Positions 54,158-64,000 of a stretch of DNA of 64,000 nucleotides are shown here, piece by piece (position 1 is the stretch's first letter; each line of letters opens with the position of its first letter). Source of the stretch: Narcine bancroftii (Eukaryota); assembly GCF_036971445.1 (NCBI RefSeq), contig NC_091472.1:90520001-90584000 (forward strand), read 5' to 3'. The notes below the pieces were generated by a model. It did not search any database and was not told where the DNA came from. It saw nothing but the letters and a program-made list of their open reading frames with translations. Both the position numbers and the translations under genes were made by a program.

Positions 54158-55239
54158 AAGAAAGGACAGGAGAGTAAGAAAGAGTCACGAGAAGGCCTTG
54201 GCAAGTAGGATTAAGGAAAACACTAAGGTGATCTATGTATGCATGAAGAGCAGAAGGATGATGAGAGGCAAGGTAAAACTGCTTAAGGATAAAGGAGGCA
54301 ACATGCCTGGAGACCGAGAAGGGTGAGGAGGTCCTAAATTAATACTTTGCTTTTAGTGTTCATCAGAGAGAGGAAATTTGGTCAATGTGAGGACAGTATA
54401 GAACTAGCTTATGAGCTGGAGCAGGTTGAGGTTAAGAAGGAGGAAGTACTGGCTCTTCTTTTAAAAATTAGGATTGATAAGTCCCCATTCCCAGTAGAGA
54501 TATACCCCAGGTTGCTAAGGGAAGGGAGGGAAGAGATAGCTGGGCTATTGGCGATGTTCTTTGCATCCTCCCTGGCCACTGGGAACGTGCCAGAGAACTG
54601 GAGAATGGCCAGTGTGCTGCCCTTGTTTAAAAAAGGTAATAGGGAGAATCTTGGGAATTATAAACCAGTGAGCCTGACATCAGTGGTGAGCAAACTATTG
54701 GAGAAAAGTCTTAGGGACAGGATTTACAAGCATTTAGAGAGGCATAGACTTCTCAGGTATAGTTACCACAGTTTTATGAGGGGCAGGTCTTGTGTCATGA
54801 GCCTAATTGAGTTTTTGGAGAAAGTAGCAAGAGAAATTGATTAAGATAGGGCAGTAGATGTGGTCTATATGGATTTTAGTAAGACATTTGACATTATCTC
54901 CCATGATAGACTCATTCAGAAGTCTTGAGGCATGGGATCAATAGAACCTTGGCTGTGTGGATTCAGAATTGGTTTGCCTGCAGTCAACAGAGGATAGTAG
55001 CAGAGAGAATGTATTCTGCCTTGAGTTCAGTGACTTGTCAAATTCTGCAGGGATCTGCTCTGTGACCCTCCTGCTCTTTATGATTTTTATAAATGACCTG
55101 GATAAAGAAGTAGAAGGATGAGTCAGTAAGTTTGTAGATGACATAAAGGTTGGAGGTGTTGTAGATAGTGTTGAAGGTTATCGTAAGCCACAACAGGGGA
55201 TAGACAGGAAGCAGAGATGAGTGGAAAAGTGGCAGATGG

Positions 55240-55750
55240 AGTTCAAGTTCAAGTTTTATAAGTACAACCTGATGAAATTCGGTTCTCTGGTCCTCAGTGC
55301 AAAATCATGCAAACACACATACAGACAAATGATACATATGCAGTACATATATACATATTCAAACATAAATTAATATTTTTAGTAAATTGGAGGGTTTGTG
55401 TGGGCAGTTCACCTGTAGTTCAGCGTCTCACTGACTGTGGGAAGAAACTGTTTCTTAGCCTGGTGGTTCTGGCTCTGATACTCCTGTATCTCTTTCTTCT
55501 CTTTCCCAACAGGAGTAGCTGAAAGATGCTATGTATGGGGTAATTAGAGTCCTCAATGATCTTGCAAACCATCTTCAAAGAACGATCCCAGTAGATCACG
55601 TCAATGTAAGTTCGTGGGGGGGGGGGGTAGGGAGACCCTAATGATCCTCTCTGCCGCATTTATGGTCCTGTGGATTGACCTCCAATCCAATGCTTTAGAG
55701 CAACTGTACCATACTGTGATTCAGCCACACAGGACTCTCTCTATAGAGCC
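55240..55750 (-). mobile_element. Rex1/Babar-like LINE 3' end
   Basis: ORF 55420-55659 KIIEDSNYPIHSIFQLL..GKR..YRSIRARTTRLRNSFFPQSVR; (TTGAAC)n-type tail. Confidence 0.75.
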
Positions 55751-55751
55751 C

Positions 55752-55937
55752 CATTAACCTACACCTCCAGTATGTTTTGAACGGTGGGAGGAAACTAGAG
55801 CCCCAGTAGAAAACCTACACAGACGAGGGAAAATGTACAAATTCCTTAGAGACAGCATAGGATTTGAACCCCGGTCCAGTCCCAATCACTGGTACTGTAA
55901 AGGAGTTGCACTAACTGCTACGCCAACCGTGCTGCCC
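55752..55937 (-). mobile_element. V-SINE-like element
   Basis: Minus strand starts GGGCAGCACGGTTGGCGTAGCAGTTAG with B-box GGTTCAAATCC; homologous to 47346-47592. Confidence 0.75.
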
Positions 55938-56739
55938 TCTGAGACTTGTGTGGGATATGCAGGAGCTGTGGTGAAGGGAAGTGTGAAACAGCTGGGATGT
56001 CATATGGGACATAGGCAATGCCATTAAATGTGTCCAGGAGAGGCTGTTGAATTTCTTCTGATACTGGAATCAGTTGCCTCACCCTTGGCATTGGCTTACC
56101 ATTGATTTTTGTGAGTAGGGTGCAGGTCTACTGATAGGCACGTGTCTGCCACCTGTCTACCTATCCACCTGACTGAGCAGGTTATCAGCATAGTTCCTAC
56201 TAAACTTTGGCCTCGGCTCCTCAGCCAGTGAAGGACATGAAGCAGATCTCATTGATGACCTCCAGCGGTGGTCAGCTGCCAGTTCAGGGTTAGGGTGCTG
56301 AGATCAATTCTCACTTGTTCAGTTTCACAGGTCTGCGGTAGTGACAAAATACAGAGGCAATAATAGGCATTACGTGCAGGGCATGAGGAGCAATACTCCA
56401 AGGGCAGAGGATTCTTCACAGGGTACCTTTTTAATGCATGCATTTACATGTGAAAAATGTTTGATCCTTTAAAGCTTCAAACGCAAAACTTAACAGAACT
56501 ACACAAGTCGACGTGACAACAGCAACACAAATTGCATTGAAGAACATGTTATTGTTGTTCAGGAAACCGGGGGACCCCTCCTTTGGTACTCTTGAAGGCC
56601 AGGAAATGACTTTGGAAGGCTGCCACTCTTGTGCTGGTGCTCAGGTCTGACCCTGAACTTCACTTCACAGACAGAAATGGGCAAAACAGCTCATCTCAGG
56701 GTCATCATGAGGCTTGCACTCTGGTGAAACTCTCACTAC

Positions 56740-57290
56740 TGACCTCCAACGACTACCCCAAATCCTGACCACAATTACTGTCTCCCCAAGTACTGAAACC
56801 TGCACTCATCAACCCCAACTATTGTCCTCTAACTACTAACTTCTCAGCTACTGAAACCCCTACTATCACCCTAAATTTTAACCCCTCAACTATTGACGTC
56901 CAATTACTGATTCCCCAGCTTCTGAACCCCTAACCCCACTAATCACTCCCAACAACTGATCTCCAACTCAATCAATTACTGACCTTTAACTATTGATCTC
57001 CAATTATTGACCTCCAACCACTGACCACCAACTACTGACCCTCAACTATTGACACTAAACTATTGACCTCCAAATATTGACTCCCAACTACTGATCCCTA
57101 ACTATTTGGGGCAGCACAGTTGCCATAGCGGTGAGCACAACGCTGTTACAGCGCAAGAGATCAGGACCGAGGTTCAAAACCCACACTGTCTGTAAGGAAT
57201 TTGTACGCTCTCCCTGTGCCTGCATGGATTTTTTCCAAGGGCTTTAGTTTCCTCCCACTGTTAAATTTAAAACTATTGACTCCCAACACA
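56740..57290. repeat. Degenerate ~14-15 bp minisatellite, consensus near AACTA(C/T)TGACCCCC
   Basis: More than 20 diverged copies such as caactactgaccct, caattattgacctc and caactattgacact. Confidence 0.8.
57107..57270 (+). mobile_element. Short V-SINE-like element inserted in the minisatellite
   Basis: GGGGCAGCACAGTTGCCATAGCGGTGAG head and GGTTCAAAACCC B-box; flanked by AACTATT (57100-57106, 57271-57277), a possible TSD that also matches the minisatellite unit. Confidence 0.75.
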
Positions 57291-57650
57291 AGAACTTCCA
57301 TGTCCCTCTGCACTGCAGAATGCTGCAATTTTTCAGCATTTAAATAATAATCTGATCTATTTTTCCTTCCAAAGTGGATGTCCTCACATTTACTAGCTTT
57401 GTACTCCACTGACCAGACCTTTGCCAACTCACTTAACCTATCTAGATCTCTCTGAAGACTCTTCACATCCTCTACACAATTAGCTTAATTTACTTAATTT
57501 AGTGTTATCAGCAAACTTACACGGGTCCCTCTTCCAAATATTTTAATGTATATCGTACACAGATGTGGGCTAGCACTCATCCCTGCAGCACTACGCTTAC
57601 CACTGAGAAACATTCCTTATGGCTAACCAATCCTCTAACCATGCTAATAC
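57290..57650 (-). mobile_element. CR1 LINE RT fragment
   Basis: SKFADNTKL and SLQRDLDRLSELAKVWSVEY..SKCEDIHFGRKN. Confidence 0.75.
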
Positions 57651-58069
57651 CATACGTTTCCAATTATTGAAAACCACTTAACCGAAATTCTCAATTAGCT
57701 GAAAAAATTTTCAACAGCAACATGATGTCACAGTTTGAAAAAAACTTTCACCCATTGTTCTCATATGGGGCTCTGAAGTGCTGTTTGTCCAAATTTGGTA
57801 ACATCAGTGAGTGAATGGAGGAAGTTGATGGGCCAGGTAGCGCATGGGGAGATTGTCCTCGTTTCAGGTAACTCCCTTCCCTCTCTCTTTCCATTTCTTC
57901 TTTACCCTCCACTGTACTTGGTTCTCTGCTGTCCCCAGAGATGACATCAGAACAAATTTAATCAGGGGGCATTGAGGTAACTGCAATGGGGGGGGGGGCA
58001 CTGATTTTATGGCAGCATCAAACCAAGTGGGATGGCAGCAACAGTGTTAGATGGGGGAGGGGGGCAGTG

Positions 58070-58535
58070 GTGGCAGCAAAAGCAGGGACCTCAGGCTCCT
58101 GGGCAGGACTGGCAATGGTGGTGGGCAGGTCTGGGATCTGAGCAGGGACCTCAGGCTCCCGGGCAGGACCAGGAATGGCGGTGCGCAGGTATCTGAGATC
58201 AGAGCAGGGACCTTGGGCTCCTGGGCAGGACCGGCAGTGGCAGGTGTCTGGGATTAGAGCAGGGACCTCAGGTTCCCGGGCAGTTTTGGCAACAGCAGTG
58301 GGGAGGTATCTGGGATCGGAATGGGGACCTTGGACTCCTAGGCAGGTTTGGCGACAGTGGTGGGGAAATGTCTGGGATTGGAGTGGGGACCTCAAACTTC
58401 TGGGCAGGTTCGGCGACAGCGGTGGGGAGGTGTCTGGGATCAGAGCAGGAACCTTGGGCTCCCAGGCAGGTTTGGCGACAGCAGTGGGGAGGTATCTAGG
58501 GTCAGAGCAGGGACTTCAGGCTCCCAGGCAGGTTT
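58070..58535. repeat. GC-rich ~58-62 bp minisatellite, about 8 units
   Basis: Repeating AGCAGGGACCTCAGGCTCC(C/T)GGGCAGG...GGGAGGT.TCTGGGATC; the last unit resumes at 60925-60970, after the L1-derived insertion. Confidence 0.85.
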
Positions 58536-60924
58536 GTTTTTTTTTAAATTTTTCACACCATAAATCACATTAGCCATGATATACATTATTTCTTTTTCAC
58601 ACATATACAGTGACTTTTTCTCCCCCCCCCCCTCCTCCCAAGCCACCCCCCACCCCCCCCTCTCATCCATTTTAGGTATACAATCTAGGTTGCATTAAGC
58701 CAGTCAGACAATGTTGTCATTCAACAAAAATACACCAGAAATTCTACTGAGTCCATTCTTTTCTTTCCTTCTCCTTCCATCAACTTAGGTAATGTTTGTC
58801 CCCGGTAGGTTTTCGCTATTGTATTTAATGTAAGGCTCCTATACTTGTTCGAATATTTCAATATTATTTCTTAACCTATATGTTATTTTTTCTAATGGAA
58901 TACATTTATTCATTCAAATTTAGTAGTTTCTTCCTTTTAATTTGGTTATGTATTCCATTAATATTTAAAGTCATATAGTTCAGCGTAGCCCTTTTATATT
59001 TTGTTTATCTTCTCTTTCCATTTTTCCATCATTACCTTTCCTCCTTTTCCATTTCTGTTTTCTTATTTTCAACTCTTTATAAGACAACATTCCTACAACA
59101 TCCAACATTTTCCTTATTCTCCTATTTCTATCTTATTTATCCCCAATCTCCCCTTCCCCTCCTGAGTTGTCCTTTATCCCTTGTCGGACAACCACATCTC
59201 CCCTCTCCATTTGGATTTGCGAATCCACTCGCAAGCGTCAACTGATTTTGCAGTGACCGCTATTTCCCCCCACCCTGCCCCCCCCAGAAAAGATTTCACT
59301 TTTCATATGTCACAAAGGTCACTCTTTTAATTCCCTCCTTATTCTCTCTATTCCATTACCTTCCCTTATTAATTCTTGTCTATACTATCTATATTTTCCT
59401 CTAAGTACAGATACATTCACGTATGCACATTGTCTCTATTCACTCTTATACCTCTTTACCCGCATACATATCAATCGTGATCATTTTTACTCTCATTACC
59501 CGTCTTCATCCCTCAGTCTATTTTTGTCTTTACCCACATACATATCAATCGTGATAATTTTTACTCTCATTACCCGTCTTCCTCCCTCAGTCTATTTTTG
59601 TAATTGTTCTGCAAATTTTCGTGCTTCTTCTGGATCCGAGAATAGTCTGTTTTGTTGTCCTGGAATAAATATTTTCAATACCGCAGGATGCTTCAGTATA
59701 AATTTATACCCTTTCTTCCATAAAATCGCCTTTGCTGTATTGAACTCTTTTCTCTTCTTTAGGAGTTCAAAACTTATATCTGGATAAATGAAGATTTTTT
59801 GCCCTTTATACTCCAGTGGTTTGTTGCCCTCTCTTACTTTTTCCATTGTCTTCTCCAGTACCTTATCTCTTGTAGTATATCTTAGGAATTTTACTACAAT
59901 AGATCTTGGTTTTTGTTGTGGTTGTGGTTTAGAGGCCAATACTCTATGTGCCCTTTCTACTTCCATTTCTTGCTGTAGTTCTGGACATCCTAGGGTCTTA
60001 GGGATCCACTCTTTTATAAACTCCCTCATATTCTTGCCTTCTTCATCTTCCTTAAGGCCCACTATCTTTATGTTATTTCTTCTGTTATAATTTTCCATTA
60101 TATCTATTTTTTGAGCTAGTAGTTCTTGTGTCTCTTTAGTTTTTTTATTAGATTCCTCCAATTTCTTTTTTAAGTCTTCTACCTCCATTTCTGCTGCTAC
60201 TGCCCGCTCTTCCATCTTGTCCATTTTCTTTCCCATTTCTGTTAAGGTCATATCTATTTTATTCATTTTCTCTTCTGTGTTGTTTATTCTTTTTCTTAAA
60301 TCATTAAATTCCTGTGTTTGCCATTCTTTAAATGACTCCATGTATCCTTTAATAAGAGCAAGTATATCCTTTACCTTGCCTTTCTTTTCTTCTTCTATTT
60401 CACTGTACTCTTCCTCTTCCTCTTCTTCTTCCTCTGGGTTGGCCATCTGTTGTTTCTTTGTTGCCCTTTCCTTCTCTTCTTTCATGTTTCTATTGTCTTT
60501 TGTGGTCTCTTCTTGCTGCAGGTGTTCTGCAGCTGTCGTTGCCGGCTGTGGAGATCGACTCCCCAGCTGGTCCCCCCTCCCGTCGGTGTTTTTTTTTCAT
60601 GCGCGGTTGTGCACTTTTACTCGGCTCAGCGAGCCATTTTTGTAGTCCATTATTTACCGACCTGAGGGAGCGGGTTTCTCTCTCCGCAGCGGGCCTCTTC
60701 GGACAGGTAAGGCCTTCACCTTTTTCCTCCTTTGTCTTCTCTTCCTCTCTTCTTACCGTTGCTTTCGATTTTTCTTTTTTTGTCGCCATCTTCTTTCCAC
60801 CTTTATACTCACTTTTCTGTAACTTTTATTTCTGTGCCTTTGTGTTTTCCTTTGTTTTTCCCGACTTTTCTGGAGAGGGCTGGAGTTCACCGTCCGGCCA
60901 CTACTCCATCACGTGACTCCTCTC
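58536..60924 (-). mobile_element. ORF1-only non-autonomous L1 derivative (HAL1-like), 2.39 kb
   Basis: 15-bp TSD CTCCCAGGCAGGTTT (58521-58535, 60925-60939); 5' end GAGAGGAGTCACGTGATGGAGTAG, like the L1 at 18133; poly(A) tail at 58537-58545; ORF2 5' stub joined to ORF2 3' stub near 58915. Confidence 0.92.
59592..60485 (-). CDS. L1 ORF1p (297-aa open portion; extends to ATG 60789, ~398 aa, if one base is removed from the C6 run at 60572-60577)
   Basis: Uninterrupted coiled coil, ENYNRRNNIKIVGLKE, EVERAHR, PRSIVVKFLRY, IFIYPDISFELLKKRKEF and HPAVLKI; collinear with ORF1 of the 18133 element. Confidence 0.88.
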   Translation of the reverse strand: MKEEKERATKKQQMANPEEEEEEEEEYSEIEEEKKGKVKDILALIKGYMESFKEWQTQEFNDLRKRINNTEEKMNKIDMTLTEMGKKMDKMEERAVAAEMEVEDLKKKLEESNKKTKETQELLAQKIDIMENYNRRNNIKIVGLKEDEEGKNMREFIKEWIPKTLGCPELQQEMEVERAHRVLASKPQPQQKPRSIVVKFLRYTTRDKVLEKTMEKVREGNKPLEYKGQKIFIYPDISFELLKKRKEFNTAKAILWKKGYKFILKHPAVLKIFIPGQQNRLFSDPEEARKFAEQLQK

Positions 60925-61177
60925 CTCCCAGGCAGGTTTAATGATGGCGGTGGTGAGGTGTTGGGAATTGGCTATGGCTGATACAAGTACTATATTCTGC
61001 TGATGCTACTGGGCTGCCTAAAGCCATTTCTCAGTTATCCAAAAAATGCATATACATACCTGGTCCTGAGCATTTCAGATAATGGCACATTATCAAACAC
61101 CATCTGGAAATCCAAGTGTACAACTTCCACCTTTTCCCTCTATTCACTGCACTTGTTATATCATCAAAAAATTCCAG

Positions 61178-64000
61178 TGCAGTGAACTGAGATTCACTGG
61201 GAGAGTGCTGTTTCGATGACTGGCCCTGCCTCCCGGCTCCACCCCCATTTACTCACATATAACCCTGGTTTCCCGCCTAAAGCCAGAACCCCTCTGAAGC
61301 CAACAGTGAGCCCTACCTGTTGCTGAAAGCTAATAAAAGTGTTTGTTCTCCCTCCAGTCGTGTGAGAGCTTTTATCTACGCTACAATTTTATTACCCAAG
61401 CCCAGTATGCTGTTATAGGCCCCCAGTATCCTGTCACGGCTTAGGAGCTTGCATATTGGCTAGACTGCTTCCAGGCCTACCTGAACACAACCAGGAATGT
61501 CTTCCACACAGACGAACTCCAGAAGTCAGCGCTCATCTCCAGTGTAGGAACGAAGGGATATGCTGCTGTCAGAGACTGCCAGATGTATGAAGCCGCCATC
61601 AAGGCACTGAAAACTTGCTACATGAAGGCCCTGAATGAGGTCCTAGCGAGGGACTGGCTCATTCTACATTGCCAATAGTCTAGAGAGTTGATTGACAACT
61701 ACCTGCTGGATCTGCGGATGCTTCCGAAGAAGTGCAGGTATGAAGTGGCTTTAGGCCGCGTTCGAGAAGATTAACAGATCCAGGACACTCTGGTCACAGG
61801 GGTCCGCTCGAGGTACGTGAGGCAGCAACTACTTGAGTTGGAAAAGAAGGACCTCGCTAGTCACGTCCAGCTGACTAAATCACTGGAACAGGCCAGGCTC
61901 GAAAATGATGATCTCGAAGCCAGCAAATTCATGCTCTCAGGTGAGCACCTCCAAGGACCTGCAGCTCCCACTACGGCTGCCCCTGCTCTAATGGCTGCCA
62001 CTTCCCGTGCCAGGGAGTGCTTTGTCTGCAGAAAAGGTCAGCACCTCCAAGACCATTGCCCTGCTAAAGACTTGGTGTGCTCCACCTGTGGAAAGAAGGG
62101 ACATTGGGCAAGGATCTGCTGCGCAAAGGGAGGTCCGGTTAAGTTCACAGCCTGCACTGCTTCTGGATCCAAGTCCAGCCCCAAGCTGTCTGCCCTGTAC
62201 TTATGTGAGATTGCCTACTGCGCAATCCGGCACCTTTGGAAATGATGCGAAAGGCTCGGTGGCCATCTTGTTGTGGCCCAAATTCAAATTTGGTGCCATC
62301 ATTGTCAGAGGAGGAAGGAAGGCAGCCACCTTGCCATGCCACGAGGTCGGTGCCATCTTACCTGCACAGTTCAACTCAGGGTGGAGGGGGCCACTCGAAC
62401 GAGGAACAAGGCATCTCCGGCAAACTGGCATCACTGGTCTTTGACCAGAACAGATCTCACCAGCTCAGTAGCTCTATGGTAATGGTGAAGGTAAATGGAT
62501 ATTCTACCAAGTGCCTAATTGACACGGGCTCCACAGAAAGTTTTATAGACTCACGTACTGTACAAAAGTATAACTTAAAAATGTATCTTTCTAATTATTG
62601 AATCTTCCACATGTCTCAATCCCATTCGGTGCATGTAGAAAAACATTGTATAGTTTATCGTTCGAAGTTTGTAAATTTTGTAAATTTCGATTGTATATTT
62701 TGGATGAATTGTGTGCTCTGGTACTGTTGGGTCTGGACTTCCTGTATCACCTTAAAATGTGACCTGGGAGTTTTCTGGTCCCCTCCCCCCTGAAGTGCTT
62801 TGGAATGGAGAGCCCTCAAAATCAGGATCCACTTGCAGCCTCTCCACGCTGAACATCGACCCTCCCCCTCTATTCCCAAACCTGTCTGTCAACTATAAGC
62901 CCATCGCCACCAAGAGCAGGAGGTACAGTGTGGCAGTCAGAGAGTTTATAAGGATGAGACCCAACACCTGCTGGAGGAGGGGATCATCGAGCCCAGCACC
63001 AGCTGTGGAGAGCGCAAGTGGTGGTTGTAAAGGGGGAAAACAAGTCCAGGCTAGTAATTGACTATAGCCAAACTATCGGTACACACTCCTGGATGCATAC
63101 CCCCTCCCTTGCATTTTGGATATGGTGAATGATATCGCGCAGTTTCGGGTTTATTTGACCATTCACCTGAAAGCTGCCTATCACCAGCTGCCAATCCATT
63201 CGAGGACTGCCTGAACACAGCATTTGTGAATAACAGTCGACTCTATCAGTTCTGGAAGGTCCCTTTCAGCATTACCAACGAGGTTCCTATCTTCCAGCGG
63301 CAGATGGACAGAATGGTGGACGAGTACAGGTTGAAGGCTACCTTCCCTTACCTCAACAATGCCATAATCTGTGGCCACACCATGGAAGACCATGATGCCA
63401 ATCTCCAGAGCTTTCTCCATGCGACGAGAGCCCTGAATCTCACTTATAATTCCAACAAGTGTGTATTTAGGACTATACGACTCACTATCCTTGGCTATGT
63501 GGTGGATAAAGGTGTCATTGGCCGCGATCCAGATAGGATGCACCCCCTCTTAGAGCTCCCTGTTCCTAGGACCACAAAGGCTTTGAGGAGATGTCTGGGG
63601 CTTTTCTCATATTATGCCCAATGGGTCCCTCAATATGCTGACAAGATTTGTCCCCTCTTAAAGGCCACCACTTTCCCCCTTTCAGCCAAAGCCCAGCCGG
63701 CTTTCAATTACCTCCAAAACCATATTGTGAAATTCCAAGTGGAGAGTAATGCTTCGGACATAGCCCTGGCTGCCACCCTCAATCAGGCGGGCAGGCCTAT
63801 TGCATTTTTCTCACAGATTTTACAAGGCCACAAGCTTTAGAACCCGTCAATGGAAACGGAGGCTCAGACCATTGGAGAAGCCAAAAGGCACTGGAGGAAC
63901 TACCTGGCTGGTAGAAGATTTACACTCCTTACGGACCAGTGCTCTGCCACATTCATGTTCAGCAACGCCAAGAGAGGCAAAATCAAGAATGACAAAATTG
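61178..64000 (+). mobile_element. Gypsy LTR retrotransposon, decayed, running off the right edge of the window
   Basis: LTR ~61178-61385 (TGCAGTG...CGCTACA, TATAA, AATAAA); two knuckles CFVCRKGQH...C and CSTCGKKGHWARIC; protease CLIDTGS; RT ATFPYLNN; RNase H SNASD and LLTDQ. Confidence 0.9.

Larger units (their letters stand above)
46740..55245 (+). mobile_element. CR1 LINE (endonuclease through RT) split by three later insertions
   Basis: GVIYRPPNS and ILDLI (46940-47190), then after the insertions IKENTK, DKSP.P.EIYPRLLRE, WRMASVLPLFKKG, NYKPVSLTSVV and SKFVDD. Pieces at 46740-47345, 47593-47729, 53406-53543 and 54158-55245. Confidence 0.85.

Noticed and set aside
58070-58535. Regularly spaced ~60-bp repeats, considered as a CRISPR-like array
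   Set aside because: The whole unit is repeated with gradual divergence and there are no unique spacers or cas genes; in a vertebrate context this is a minisatellite.
60585-60600. A-AAA-AAC slippery-like site upstream of the ORF1 frame break
   Set aside because: Joining the two frames needs a +1 shift rather than -1, and comparison with the sister L1 places the indel in the downstream G-run.

Overview
Vertebrate genomic DNA, most likely a cartilaginous fish (inferred from the repeat repertoire: V-SINE-like SINEs, CR1, Tx1, Rex-like and L1 LINEs). One host gene is supportable: the first coding exon of TMEM178A (minus strand, 6943-6571) inside a CpG island. Positions 1-6570 are its first intron, and the ~57 kb upstream is almost entirely nested, mostly decayed transposable elements, several with target-site duplications (TSDs) readable by eye. 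The most unusual signals are: (1) a complete Gypsy-type LTR element (31779-36027) with no tRNA primer-binding site, where the 15 nt after the 5' LTR are instead the exact reverse complement of the LTR's own poly(A)-signal region. A partial echo occurs in a second LTR family at 61178, which suggests self-priming and/or poly(A)-signal occlusion. (2) A 2.4-kb TSD-flanked L1 derivative (58536-60924) with an almost intact ORF1 and ORF2 cut to a stub (HAL1-like). (3) A composite hAT MITE made of two inverted mini-elements. No databases were searched; family names rest on recognised motifs, and boundaries without TSDs are approximate.
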